Below, one piece after another: positions 30,453-40,780 of a stretch of DNA of 64,000 nt. Under the pieces are notes generated by a model. It saw only the letters and a list, made by a program, of their open reading frames with translations, was not told the DNA's origin and did no database searches. The translations under genes and the position numbers were made by a program. Every line of letters starts with the position of its first letter. The first letter of the stretch is position 1. The DNA comes from Parcubacteria group bacterium (lineage in GTDB: Bacteria > Patescibacteriota > Minisyncoccia > Moranbacterales > UBA2206): the NCBI GenBank assembly GCA_041664225.1, contig JBAYLE010000001.1:4939-68938 (forward strand). Reading direction: 5' to 3'.

Positions 30453-31709
30453 ATGTTTGAGAAAATGTTCTCCACACCTTCAAATCTTGACGAATGGAAG
30501 AAAAAAAATAATAGTCCAAAGGAGGAAACAAAAAATGCTGGCTCGAGCCGTTCTGTTGAAGATATCAGAAAAGAGAAAGAAAAAATGATTGCCAGGAATA
30601 AAGAGCTTCGGGAAACCGTCTATAGCCGCAATTTTGAAGGCGCAGAAAAGATTACTCGGAGAGATTTTTTGAAGGTGGGAGGCGCCTTGGCTGTTCTGTG
30701 GGCTATTGGAAAATATGGAAATTTAGAAAAAGCCATCAGTGCTTTAGCAGGAGAAAAAAGCGCAGTAGATATTGCTTATAACTCAGAAAGTAAAAAGGAG
30801 AATGAAAAAATCAATCTGGAAACGGCCGAGCCTAAAAAAGAACAGATTGGAGAAAAAGTAAAGGAAGCTGATGTGAATGTTTCGAAAAATTACGAAAGCA
30901 ATGTTCATAAAAAAGAAAAGATTGAATTCAGTCTGGATAGGCCTGTCAGGGTGGGGATAGAAGATTATAATTCCGCGAAAGAATATTGGCGTCAGGAATA
31001 TAAAAATGGAGAACTTAGACCGGATCTTGATAATGCACTTGAGCGGATGAGGCCATACCTCAGTGATCTAAAAACGATTTTCAGCGATTTGGGTGAATAC
31101 GAGGATTTGGTCTATGTCGCCATTCCTGAATCAAGTGGCAGAAAAGGCAAGAAAAGTCCGGCTGGAGCCATTGGTTTGTACCAATTGTTGCCAAAAACGG
31201 CAAAAAAATTGGGGTTTAAGAAGGGGTCATTAAAAAATCCGCTAAAAAATGCCATGGCTGCAACTAAAAACTTTAAACAGCTGCTCCATGTCTCAAAAGA
31301 CAGAAACATTGCTCTTTCTGGTCATAATATCGGGAAAATGTGGGAATATCCGAAGTTAGGTAAAGAGAATTCTTCGTATAAAGATTATTTGGCCTTCATG
31401 TCGGAAGAAGGCGAAAAAACAAGAAAACAGATAGAAAATGATGAATATATACTACAAAAGATTGGCAAAAAAGACACGCTTAGCAAGTTAGCTAGACTAT
31501 ACAAAATCGATAAGGATGATCTGAAATCAGCAAATAATATAAAAGATGATTCAATTGAGGCTGGAGAAATTATAAAAATTCCCCTAGTAAACAGAGAGCA
31601 GCGCGAGCATGTTTTTCAAATGGAAATAGCGGGCTACAAAGAAAATTTTAATTTTGTTCCTCGAGTTAACGCCGTCATTGAAGTAATTAAGGATGAAAAA
31701 TTAGCCTAA
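30453..31709 (+). CDS. Lytic transglycosylase (SLT) with LysM domain
   Basis: IPESS...AGAIGLYQLLPKTA, HNIG; KDTLSKLARLY..LKSANNI..I.AG..IKIP LysM; internal TRRDFLK plus TM. Confidence 0.8.
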   Translation: MFEKMFSTPSNLDEWKKKNNSPKEETKNAGSSRSVEDIRKEKEKMIARNKELRETVYSRNFEGAEKITRRDFLKVGGALAVLWAIGKYGNLEKAISALAGEKSAVDIAYNSESKKENEKINLETAEPKKEQIGEKVKEADVNVSKNYESNVHKKEKIEFSLDRPVRVGIEDYNSAKEYWRQEYKNGELRPDLDNALERMRPYLSDLKTIFSDLGEYEDLVYVAIPESSGRKGKKSPAGAIGLYQLLPKTAKKLGFKKGSLKNPLKNAMAATKNFKQLLHVSKDRNIALSGHNIGKMWEYPKLGKENSSYKDYLAFMSEEGEKTRKQIENDEYILQKIGKKDTLSKLARLYKIDKDDLKSANNIKDDSIEAGEIIKIPLVNREQREHVFQMEIAGYKENFNFVPRVNAVIEVIKDEKLA

Positions 31710-31724
31710 AAAATCCAATCGCAT

Positions 31725-32405
31725 ATGCAAATCGTGATTCTGGCATCGGGCAAGGGAAAAAGAATGGGAGAGCTCACCAAAACCGTTCCCAAGCCGATGC
31801 TAAAAATTAAAGGCAAGCCGATCTTAGAACATAAGCTCAATGCTTTGCCCAGAGAAATTAAGGAAGTTATTTTTGTGATTGGCTACCGCGGAGAACAAAT
31901 CATGGAATATTTTAAAAAATGCTGGAATGGGATGAAGATTACATATGTTGTGCAAAAGAATCTTAACGGTACAGGTGCGGCGGTGCATCTGGTGAAAAGT
32001 TTTGTGGGTGAAAGATTTTTAGTGATGATGGGAGATGACCTATACCATAAAAAAGACATAAAAAAAATGCTGCAACATAACTTGGCAATCCTGGGTCACG
32101 AAGTCGAAGATACAAGCCTTTTCGGAATAATCAAAACTGATAATCGGAAAAACATGATCGAAGTAATTGAAAAGCCCAAAAAATCTAAAGATAGACTGGC
32201 AAATGCGGGGCTGTATATGATGAATAGAAAATTTTTTGATTATGAACTGGTTCAAATAGCCAGCGGGGAATATGGATTGCCACAGACCCTGGCGAGTATG
32301 ACCAGGGACCATAAGATAAGGGTTGAAAAGGCGACTCTTTGGCATCCGATTGGAAATATTGATGATTTGAAAAAGGCGGAAGAGATAATCCATAAATTTG
32401 TGTAA
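31725..32405 (+). CDS. Sugar-phosphate nucleotidyltransferase
   Basis: ILASGKGKRM.ELT..VPKPML, NGTGAAV, GDD, EKP. Confidence 0.88.
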   Translation: MQIVILASGKGKRMGELTKTVPKPMLKIKGKPILEHKLNALPREIKEVIFVIGYRGEQIMEYFKKCWNGMKITYVVQKNLNGTGAAVHLVKSFVGERFLVMMGDDLYHKKDIKKMLQHNLAILGHEVEDTSLFGIIKTDNRKNMIEVIEKPKKSKDRLANAGLYMMNRKFFDYELVQIASGEYGLPQTLASMTRDHKIRVEKATLWHPIGNIDDLKKAEEIIHKFV

Positions 32406-33407
32406 ATGAGAAAAAAAAACGTTGTTACGATCGGGGGAGGAACAGGAAGTTTTGTACTTTTGACTGGCCTCAAAAAATATCCAATCAATATTTCCGCTGT
32501 TGTTTCTATGGCAGATGACGGCGGATCAACCGGAATTTTACGCGACGAATTGGGCGTTTTGCCTCCTGGCGATGTGCGCCAGTGTCTAGTGGCACTTTCT
32601 GATTCTCCTGAAATACTGCGTAAACTCATGAATTACCGTTTTGAAAACGGAGGCTTAAAAGGGCATAGTTTCGGAAATATTTTTCTATCAGCTTTGGAGA
32701 AAATAAGCGGCGGTTTTGCAAAAGGCGTGGAGGAAGCAGCTAAGATTTTGGATGTAAAGGGGGAAGTTATTCCAGTAAGCAATGATGACATGCGGCTATC
32801 AGTAATTTTGAATAATGGGAATATTTTAGAGGGGGAGAGCCAGCTGGATCATAATGAAAAAGTGAGAAGAATTGGAGTAAAAAATATAAAATTAAAAAAA
32901 CAAGTAAAAGCAAATCAGAAAGCTCTGAAAAAAATCAAGGATTCAGATTTTATTTTTATTGGTCCAGGGGATCATTTTGGTTCAATCATGCCAAATCTGT
33001 TGATAAAAGAGATCAGCCAAGCTATAAAAAATTCGAGAGCCAGGGTAGTATATAATTGCAAGCTTACAAACAAAAAAGGCCAAACGGAAAACTTTGACTT
33101 GGATGATTATGTCAGTGATATCGAAAAACATATTGGCAAAGACCGGGTTGATTTTGTGACATACAATATTGCTAAGCCGCCGAGAGAGTTGATGGAAAAA
33201 TATAAAAAGCGTGAAGGAAAGAATGTCCTGGTCGGTTTTGAGGAAAGCAAAAATCCAAAAAGGAAATTCAAACTGATCAGAGCCGACTTATTGACCAAAT
33301 CTGTTATGAAATCTGAAAAAGGAGATGCTAACAGTGAAAAACGATCCTTTATTCGCCACGACGGTAAAAAGCTAGCGAAAGTTTTAATGAGGATTCTAAA
33401 GAAATAA
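32406..33407 (+). CDS. YvcK/GlmR family protein
   Basis: IGGGTG, DDGGSTG.LR.ELGVLPPGDVR, GHSFGN, IRHD. Confidence 0.92.
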   Translation: MRKKNVVTIGGGTGSFVLLTGLKKYPINISAVVSMADDGGSTGILRDELGVLPPGDVRQCLVALSDSPEILRKLMNYRFENGGLKGHSFGNIFLSALEKISGGFAKGVEEAAKILDVKGEVIPVSNDDMRLSVILNNGNILEGESQLDHNEKVRRIGVKNIKLKKQVKANQKALKKIKDSDFIFIGPGDHFGSIMPNLLIKEISQAIKNSRARVVYNCKLTNKKGQTENFDLDDYVSDIEKHIGKDRVDFVTYNIAKPPRELMEKYKKREGKNVLVGFEESKNPKRKFKLIRADLLTKSVMKSEKGDANSEKRSFIRHDGKKLAKVLMRILKK

Positions 33408-33408
33408 T

Positions 33409-34056
33409 ATGAAAATATTGGTTGATTTCGATGATGTTCTTTTGAATACGAACAGATTTCGCAAAAATTATAAAAAAATCTATGCCGCATACGGGATTGA
33501 CCCAGAGGTTTTTGAACAGTATTATAAAAAGTCGGTAACATACGAAAAAAGCATCACAGTGTATGATCCGGAAAAGCATTTAAAAGAAATAAAGCGAGGC
33601 GAAAATATAAAAATTTCTAAACTCAGAAAATCAATTTATAATTTTGCTGAGAATTCAAAGAAATATGTTTTTAAGGATGTTAAAAAATTTCTAGCTAAAT
33701 TTAAAAAAGACGATATAATCATTATCACTCATTCGAAAAGCAAATTTCAAAAAGTTAAGTTAAAAAACAGCGGTTTGAAAAAACTTGTAAAAAAAATCAT
33801 CCAGACCGGTAAGCTGAAGGCATATACTGTGAAAAAATTAGCAACACAGAAAATCATTAAAAATGGAGAAGCAGCCTATTTTTTAGATGACAGGGTGGAT
33901 CAGATAAATGAAGTTAAAAAAATTAATCCTAGCGTTATAACTGTGTTGATCAGAAGAAGGGAGGGCAGGTTCCAAGATAAAAAAACAAAATTTTGTGATT
34001 TTGAGGCAAAAAACTTAAAGGAGGCTTATCAAATAATAAAACAAAAATGCCAGTAA
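33409..34056 (+). CDS. HAD-superfamily hydrolase
   Basis: LVDFDDVL motif I and FLDDR motif IV. Confidence 0.8.
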   Translation: MKILVDFDDVLLNTNRFRKNYKKIYAAYGIDPEVFEQYYKKSVTYEKSITVYDPEKHLKEIKRGENIKISKLRKSIYNFAENSKKYVFKDVKKFLAKFKKDDIIIITHSKSKFQKVKLKNSGLKKLVKKIIQTGKLKAYTVKKLATQKIIKNGEAAYFLDDRVDQINEVKKINPSVITVLIRRREGRFQDKKTKFCDFEAKNLKEAYQIIKQKCQ

Positions 34057-35507
34057 ATATTTCCGAAAAAAACCAAAAAGAAAATACCCAGGAAAAAAAG
34101 TTTCTGACCCTCTCTGAATTCCGCCATGAATTAGGAATTCCGCTTATTCTAGCCAAAAAATTGGTTGTCTGGGGTGAGGTCGAGGCGGAGAAAGCCTTCG
34201 ACGGAAGTCTGCGGATTGCGACTTCGGAGGTGGCGGTTGCCCGGGAACTGATTGCCAATCCTTGGAAAAAAACCAGCCTTTTTGTCAAGGCGCTGGGCCC
34301 TGGGTTGATTACGGGCGCCTCGGATGATGATCCGGGCGGCATTGGAACATATTCTTCAGTCGGGGCGAAATTTGGGTTTGCCATTCTCTGGATGGCAGCC
34401 TGGCTTTTACCAATAATGCTGGCTGTTCAGGAGGTGTGCGCGCGCATCGGTATTGTTACGAATAAGGGTCTGGCTGGAGTGCTCAAGGAGCATTATCGTA
34501 AAAAAATAGTAGGCGTAGTTGTTTTGCTTTTGATTATTGCTAATATTGCCAACATCGGAGCGGATCTGGGCGCGATGGCTGCTTCGAGCGCCATGCTTTG
34601 GCATATCAATTTTTATTTCGCTGTTATCGTCTTCGCGCTAGTGATTATCGCAATGGAAATTTTTGTCGGTTATCATGTTTACGTGAAATTTCTCAAGTGG
34701 CTTACCATTTCCGTATTTGCTTATATCATCACTGGATTTATGATTCATCCGGACTGGGTGGAAGTTTTTAAATATTCCTTTATCCCCAAAATCTATTTTA
34801 ATAAGGAATATCTATTCGCGATAATCGCGGTTTTTGGGACAACCATTACGCCATATCTTTTTTTCTGGCAAGCCTCTGAAGAAGTGGAAGAATGTGAGCG
34901 GGAAGGGATTTTCAGAAAATATCTGGTGCATCATCGCATCCATCGCATGCGCACGGATGTTAGCACTGGAATGCTGTTGGCTAACGTGGTTTTCTTTTTT
35001 ATCGTGGTTACGACGGCGCAAGTGCTTTTCAAAAATGGCATTACCAATATTGATTCAGCCGAGCAGGCAGCCATGGCGTTGCGTCCGTTTGCTGGTGAAT
35101 ATGCTTTTCTTTTTTTCACGCTGGGGATTATCGGTACCGGCCTTTTGGCAGTTCCGGTTTTAGCCGCGTCGGGAGCCTACGCGTTGAGCGAACTTATGAA
35201 ATGGCACGAGAGTCTCGAACTGAAATTTTCCCAAGCTAAGGGGTTTTATCTGGTAATCGCTTTTTCCATTCTGGTCGGACTTTTTCTTAATTTTTTTCAC
35301 ATTAATCCTATACTGGCTTTGTATTATTCGGCATTTCTTAATGGAATCATTGCCCTGCCATTGCTTGTTGTTATAATGGTAGTCGGCAATGACCCGAAAA
35401 TTATGGGTCGGGAAACTCATCCTGGATGGGTAAAATTTTTCGGTTGGCTTGCTATTGGGTTTATGTCAGTCGCGATTGTGGTTTCAATTATTTTTAATTT
35501 AATTTAA
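34047..35507 (+). CDS. Nramp-family divalent metal transporter with N-terminal extension
   Basis: LGPGLITGASDDDPGGIGTYS, GTTITPYLFFWQ; many TMs. Confidence 0.88.
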   Translation: MPVNISEKNQKENTQEKKFLTLSEFRHELGIPLILAKKLVVWGEVEAEKAFDGSLRIATSEVAVARELIANPWKKTSLFVKALGPGLITGASDDDPGGIGTYSSVGAKFGFAILWMAAWLLPIMLAVQEVCARIGIVTNKGLAGVLKEHYRKKIVGVVVLLLIIANIANIGADLGAMAASSAMLWHINFYFAVIVFALVIIAMEIFVGYHVYVKFLKWLTISVFAYIITGFMIHPDWVEVFKYSFIPKIYFNKEYLFAIIAVFGTTITPYLFFWQASEEVEECEREGIFRKYLVHHRIHRMRTDVSTGMLLANVVFFFIVVTTAQVLFKNGITNIDSAEQAAMALRPFAGEYAFLFFTLGIIGTGLLAVPVLAASGAYALSELMKWHESLELKFSQAKGFYLVIAFSILVGLFLNFFHINPILALYYSAFLNGIIALPLLVVIMVVGNDPKIMGRETHPGWVKFFGWLAIGFMSVAIVVSIIFNLI

Positions 35508-35513
35508 TTTTTT

Positions 35514-37343
35514 ATGTGTGGAATTGTTGGGTATATTGGAAAACAAAAAGCGGCGCCCATTCTGGTCGATGGACTCAAACGGCTTGAATATCGGGGCTAT
35601 GATTCTTCAGGAATCGCTGTTCTTGATGATCAGCGACATGTTTTTTTAGCAAAAGCTATGGGCAAAATAGCTGAGTTGGAAAAAAAGATTGGTGGTGAGA
35701 AAATAGACGGCAATATCGGCATCGCGCATACGCGCTGGGCTACGCATGGCGCTCCGTCAGAAATAAACGCGCATCCCCACTGCGATTGTAAGGGAAAAAT
35801 ATGGCTGGTCCATAATGGCATAATCGAAAACTATCAGCAGATAAAAAAGCGCTTATTGGAAAAAAAGCATATTTTTAAATCCGAAACTGACACGGAGGTA
35901 CTGGCTCATTTAATCGAGGAGATGTATGACGGAAATTTGACGGAAGCTGTTGAAAAATCTTTGAAAATAGTAAAAGGCACATATGGCATTGTTGTTTTTC
36001 ATTCAGATGAGCCAGGCAAAATTATTGCTGCCAAAAAAGGCTCGCCCCTTATTATCGGCTTGGGAGAGAATGAAACCATCATTGCTTCTGATGTTTCTGC
36101 AATTTTGAGGTACACAAAACAAGTTATTTATCTGGATGACGGGGAAATGGCGGAAATTTCTAAGGAAGGGATGAAGATTTTTGATGCTGATAACGCAGAA
36201 ATAAATAAAGATATAAATGAGGTTGAATGGAATTTGGATCAGGCCGAAAAAGGAGGGTACCCGCATTTTTTGATCAAGGAAATTTTTGAACAGCCAGAAA
36301 CGATAGCCAACAGTGTCAGGGGGCGGTTAATTTATGAAGATGGTAATGCTAGATTGGGAGGCATTAGCTTAGTAGCCGATAAAATCAGAAACATAGATAG
36401 GATTATCATAGTCGCGTGCGGAACAGCGAGATGTGCTGCTTTAGTGGGCGAGTACATGCTGGAAGAATATGCCGGAATACCGACAGAAGTCGATTATGCT
36501 CATGAGTTCAGATACAGAAAGCAAGTTTTGGATAATAAAACTGCCGTGATCGTTATGAGTCAATCAGGCGAAACGGCTGATACCCTGGCGGCCGTTAAGG
36601 AATCCAAAGAAAAGGGGATTTTGACTTTAGGAATCGTGAACGCAGTTGGATCTTCAATTGCTCGAGGAACGGATGCTGGGGTCTATAATCATGTCGGTCC
36701 GGAAATTTCCGTAGCTTCAACTAAAGCGTTTACATCGCAGATTGCTATTTTATCACTCCTAACTCTTTTTATGGGAAGGCAAAGAGATATGTCTCTCGTG
36801 ACTGGGCAAAGGATCGTTAAAGAAATTCTAGAGTTACCGGATAAAATAAAGAAAATCCTAGAAACAAGCGATCAGATAAAAAATATTGCTGAAAAATATA
36901 GCAAATATACTAGCTTTGCCTATCTGGGAAGAAAATATAATCACCCGATGGCCTTTGAGGGCGCGATCAAGTTAAAGGAGCTTTCATATATCCATGCGGA
37001 GGGTTTTGCGGCGGGGGAAATGAAGCACGGACCGATCGCTATGATTGACGAAAATTTTCCTTCTTTTTATTTCGCTCCTCAAGATAGTGTTTATGAAAAG
37101 AACATCAGCAATATGCAGGAGATCAAGGCGCGCGGAGGAAAAATTATTGTCGTCGCGACTGAGGGAGATGAAAAAATAAGAGAGGTCGCTGATGACGTGA
37201 TTTATATTCCAAAAACCCTGGAAATGCTCACGCCGATTTTGTCAGCTGTTCCAGCCCAGCTTTTCGCATATCATATGGCAGTTTTGAAGGGACTGGACGT
37301 GGACAAGCCGAGAAATCTGGCTAAATCTGTGACTGTAGAATAG
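35514..37343 (+). CDS. glmS: Glutamine-fructose-6-phosphate transaminase
   Basis: MCGIVG, LEYRGYDS, HTRWATHG, SQSGETADT, PRNLAKSVTVE. Confidence 0.98.
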   Translation: MCGIVGYIGKQKAAPILVDGLKRLEYRGYDSSGIAVLDDQRHVFLAKAMGKIAELEKKIGGEKIDGNIGIAHTRWATHGAPSEINAHPHCDCKGKIWLVHNGIIENYQQIKKRLLEKKHIFKSETDTEVLAHLIEEMYDGNLTEAVEKSLKIVKGTYGIVVFHSDEPGKIIAAKKGSPLIIGLGENETIIASDVSAILRYTKQVIYLDDGEMAEISKEGMKIFDADNAEINKDINEVEWNLDQAEKGGYPHFLIKEIFEQPETIANSVRGRLIYEDGNARLGGISLVADKIRNIDRIIIVACGTARCAALVGEYMLEEYAGIPTEVDYAHEFRYRKQVLDNKTAVIVMSQSGETADTLAAVKESKEKGILTLGIVNAVGSSIARGTDAGVYNHVGPEISVASTKAFTSQIAILSLLTLFMGRQRDMSLVTGQRIVKEILELPDKIKKILETSDQIKNIAEKYSKYTSFAYLGRKYNHPMAFEGAIKLKELSYIHAEGFAAGEMKHGPIAMIDENFPSFYFAPQDSVYEKNISNMQEIKARGGKIIVVATEGDEKIREVADDVIYIPKTLEMLTPILSAVPAQLFAYHMAVLKGLDVDKPRNLAKSVTVE

Positions 37344-37349
37344 AATTTT

Positions 37350-38372
37350 ATGAATATTAAAAAAATTGAAGAAAAATTGAAGGAACTGGGTCAGCCGAAT
37401 TTTCGGCTGAAGCAAATTAAGAAAGCCGTTTTTGAGGACGGCGCCTCTTCGTTTTTAGAAATCACAACACTTGCCAAAGATTTACGAGAAAAGCTGGATA
37501 AGGAAATGAAAATTCTTTCATTCGAAGTTGAAAAAGTTTTAGTTGCGAAAGACGGGCAATCAGTAAAGGCTTTGCTAAAATTGCACGATGGAAAAAATAT
37601 TGAAACTGTTTTAATTTCTCCGAAGACCAATGATTGGTCAGTGTGTATTTCCTGCCAGGTCGGCTGTCCGATGAATTGCCGATTTTGTGCAACTGGAAAG
37701 ATGGGCTTCGTCAGAAATTTAACGGCCGAAGAAATAACGGACCAAGTTTTGTTTTGGAAGCAATACATTAAATCGCAGAGTGCAAAATTAACGGACGTCG
37801 TTTATATGGGGATGGGAGAGCCATTTTTAAATTGGGCTCAGGTGAATGAAAGTTTGAAAAACTTAATTGATCCGGAATTGTTTGGTTTTGGCTCAAGAAG
37901 TATTTCAGTTTCGACCGCCGGCATCCCAGAAGGCATTGCCAAATTTGCCGAAGAATTTCCGCAGGTTAATTTGGCAATTTCATTGCATTTTGCAGATGAT
38001 CAGAAGAGAAGTGAATTTATGCCGATCAACAAAAAATATAATTTAGAAGATTTGAAAAAAGCACTGCAAGAATATTTTCGAAAAACGAACCGCAAGGTTT
38101 TCATTGAATATATTCTTTTAGGCAACATCAATGACAGTCGCGAAGACGCGGACAAATTGTCCAGATTTGTAAAATCAATTGGCAAATTACAATTGCTACA
38201 CGTGAACCTGATTCGCTATAATTCGACCGGATCAGAATTAGCGGCTTCTTCCAAGGATCAGGCGGTTAGATTCAAGGATTATCTTCTTGAAAATCATATC
38301 CCTATTACCATCAGAAAAAGTTTGGGCGAAGAAATACAAGGGGCTTGTGGGCAACTAGCCGGAAAAGGATAA
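37350..38372 (+). CDS. rlmN: Radical SAM RNA methyltransferase RlmN
   Basis: QVGCPMNCRFCATG, MGMGEP, ISLH, GACGQL. Confidence 0.93.
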   Translation: MNIKKIEEKLKELGQPNFRLKQIKKAVFEDGASSFLEITTLAKDLREKLDKEMKILSFEVEKVLVAKDGQSVKALLKLHDGKNIETVLISPKTNDWSVCISCQVGCPMNCRFCATGKMGFVRNLTAEEITDQVLFWKQYIKSQSAKLTDVVYMGMGEPFLNWAQVNESLKNLIDPELFGFGSRSISVSTAGIPEGIAKFAEEFPQVNLAISLHFADDQKRSEFMPINKKYNLEDLKKALQEYFRKTNRKVFIEYILLGNINDSREDADKLSRFVKSIGKLQLLHVNLIRYNSTGSELAASSKDQAVRFKDYLLENHIPITIRKSLGEEIQGACGQLAGKG

Positions 38373-38603
38373 AAGCTTAAATACTTGCTTTTTCTATTAA
38401 TTTAAACTATATTGGCAACAGGAAAGGAGGGCTGGACATGGGTAGGTCTGGCTTTGTTTTTTTAACAATTTGCTGAAAATTCACTAGGAAAGGAAGGTAA
38501 TGCGGTTGCCGACTAATGGCAGGAGTAACTTTGGTTTAAAAAAGGAAGTGAGAAAAAAGAAAGAAAAATTCAGAAGAAAAATAAAAGAAAGGGGACAGAA
38601 AAA

Positions 38604-39242
38604 ATGCCAAAGACAATAAAGATAAGAAAAGCCATAATCAGTGTTTCCAAGAAGAAGGGCATTGTCGGAATTGCGAAGTTTCTTGAAGAAGCAGGAGCGG
38701 AAATCCTTTCGACAGGAGGGACAGCCAGAGTTTTACGGGATGCGGGAATTTCAGTCAAAGACGTAGCGGAACATACCGGTTCGCCCGAGATGCTCGACGG
38801 CAGAGTGAAGACTCTGCATCCAAAAGTCCATGGAGGGCTGCTTTCAAGAAGAGACAATCCGAAGGACATGGAGGAGATTAAGAAGTACGGAATTGAGCTG
38901 ATAGATTTGGTCATTGTTAATCTGTATCCTTTTGAGGAGACCATAGCGAAACCAGGCGTTACTTTTGCGGAAGCCATCGAGAATATCGATATCGGTGGAC
39001 CCGCTATGCTGCGTTCGGCGTCCAAGAATTTTTGGGACGTTATCGCCATTGTTGATCCGGCAGACTATGAACGGATCATGTTCGAATGGACGACCAACAA
39101 CGACATCTCTTACAAAACCAGGATGGAGCTGGCGCAAAAAGTATTTGCACACACATCCAGGTATGACGGCTTAATCGCGGATTATCTCTCAAGAGCAATC
39201 GCGAAACTGGGCAAACTGGAAGGAGGTTGTCTTGCAGATTAA
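38604..39242 (+). CDS. purH: IMP cyclohydrolase (PurH N-terminal domain only)
   Basis: [36 protein letters not shown]. Confidence 0.9.
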   Translation: MPKTIKIRKAIISVSKKKGIVGIAKFLEEAGAEILSTGGTARVLRDAGISVKDVAEHTGSPEMLDGRVKTLHPKVHGGLLSRRDNPKDMEEIKKYGIELIDLVIVNLYPFEETIAKPGVTFAEAIENIDIGGPAMLRSASKNFWDVIAIVDPADYERIMFEWTTNNDISYKTRMELAQKVFAHTSRYDGLIADYLSRAIAKLGKLEGGCLAD

Positions 39243-40521
39243 GACAATGTATAAAACCCTGATGGATGACCATTTCCCCAGCACGATCGTCATCAGTTTC
39301 GACGGAAAATCTTTGGTTTACAAAAAAAGAACCTGGAAGATTCCGGATGAAAAAACTGGCGAGCTGATTGAAAAGGGGTTGCGTTATGGCGAAAACCCCG
39401 GCCAGGAAGCGGCGCTGTATGAGCTCCTAAGCGGAAACTTGATACTTGGTGACTGTGCGTTTATCACTCCCAAGAACGGTTTAGTGAGCGCTATTACTGA
39501 TGAAGACATGATCCAGGCCGGAAAACATCCGGGGAAAACAAATTTGACGGACATTGACAACGGATTGAATATCATGAAGTTTCTGATGGACAGGCCGGCG
39601 GCGGCCATTATGAAACACAACAACCCGTGCGGAGTCGCGGAAAACGAGACGCTGCTTGGTGCTTATGATAAAGCGAATATGGCGGACCGCATTGCGGCTT
39701 TCGGAGGCTGTCTGGTTGTTAACAGGGCGATGGATAAACAAACAGCAGAATTTGTGAGCCGGAACTATTTGGAGGTTGTCTGCGCTCCGGATTTTGAAGA
39801 GGGATCAATTGAGATTCTGTCAAAACGCAAAAATCTCAGGATTGTAAAGATTCCGGGAATTTGTAAGCTCGAAAAATATCAGGACCTGCGTTTTTTGGAT
39901 TTCAAATCTCTTATCGATGGTGGCTTCATCGTGCAACAGTCACCGATCAATAAGATAAGAACCAAGGAAGATTTCCTGCCTGCAAAAACAACTTATAAGG
40001 AAAAGGAATACGCTATCGAAAGGCAGCCGACCGATAGAGAATTGGAGGACATGCTTTTTGGATGGAATGTGGAGCAGGGGATCACATCCAATTCAGTCAT
40101 TTATGTGAAAGACGGCGCTACCGTTGGTATCGGCACCGGTGAACAAGACAGAGTAGGCGTGGCCGAGATCGCGGTCATAAAAGCTTATACAAAATATGCG
40201 GACGCCATATGTTTCAGAATTCATGGCATGTCGTATAAGAAGTATGAGCTTAAAGTCAAACGGGGAGAAGGAGATGCGGCATCATTAGGAGAGATAGACA
40301 GAGTGACAAAAATGCAAAAGGGTGGACTAATCCGCTCTATAATGATCTCTGATGCTTTCTTTCCGTTCAGGGATGGAGTCGATGTCGGCATCAAGGAGGG
40401 GATTTCCGGCATAGTAAATCCCGGTGGGTCAGAAAGGGATTTTGAATCCATTGTCGCCTGCAACGAAGCGGAACCGAAGGTAACGATGGTGTTTACGGGG
40501 CAAAGGGCCTTCAAACACTAA
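39232..40521 (+). CDS. AICAR transformylase-like protein (PurH C-terminal domain, stand-alone)
   Basis: [43 protein letters not shown]; AGGAGG 5 nt before TTG start. Confidence 0.88.
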   Translation: MQIKTMYKTLMDDHFPSTIVISFDGKSLVYKKRTWKIPDEKTGELIEKGLRYGENPGQEAALYELLSGNLILGDCAFITPKNGLVSAITDEDMIQAGKHPGKTNLTDIDNGLNIMKFLMDRPAAAIMKHNNPCGVAENETLLGAYDKANMADRIAAFGGCLVVNRAMDKQTAEFVSRNYLEVVCAPDFEEGSIEILSKRKNLRIVKIPGICKLEKYQDLRFLDFKSLIDGGFIVQQSPINKIRTKEDFLPAKTTYKEKEYAIERQPTDRELEDMLFGWNVEQGITSNSVIYVKDGATVGIGTGEQDRVGVAEIAVIKAYTKYADAICFRIHGMSYKKYELKVKRGEGDAASLGEIDRVTKMQKGGLIRSIMISDAFFPFRDGVDVGIKEGISGIVNPGGSERDFESIVACNEAEPKVTMVFTGQRAFKH

Positions 40522-40549
40522 AACAAAAGTACTTTTTTACGAACACGTG

Positions 40550-40577
40550 GGGCGAGGTTTTATATCTCGCCCTTTTT
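40550..40577 (+). terminator. Intrinsic terminator
   Basis: GGGCGAG..CTCGCCC followed by TTTTT. Confidence 0.75.
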
Positions 40578-40616
40578 ATATCTCCAAAGTTATCCACAGT
40601 TTCAATTTTTACCTTA

Positions 40617-40645
40617 TTGACGGGAAAATTTTAAATTTGTATAAT
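40617..40645 (+). promoter_or_regulatory. Sigma70-type promoter
   Basis: TTGACG-N17-TATAAT, preceded by a TTATCCACA box at 40590. Confidence 0.7.
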
Positions 40646-40780
40646 AAGAGCAAGTAGTTTAACAATGTAAACCAGTACAGATCAATGTATCTGTACCCGG
40701 TTCTCCCAAAAAGGAGGCTGCCTATGGGACTTGTTTGAGAGTTTCTGAAAAGCATTTTTTAATCTCAAGAGGGAGTTTTT

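Noticed and set aside
35500-35520. glmS ribozyme
   Set aside because: Only 6 nt separate the Nramp stop from the glmS start.
38373-38603. ZTP riboswitch upstream of purH
   Set aside because: Expected by context, but I could not find the conserved aptamer elements by eye; needs cmscan.
39221-39250. Programmed frameshift fusing the two purH ORFs
   Set aside because: No slippery run; AGGAGG plus TTG gives a simpler coupled re-initiation.
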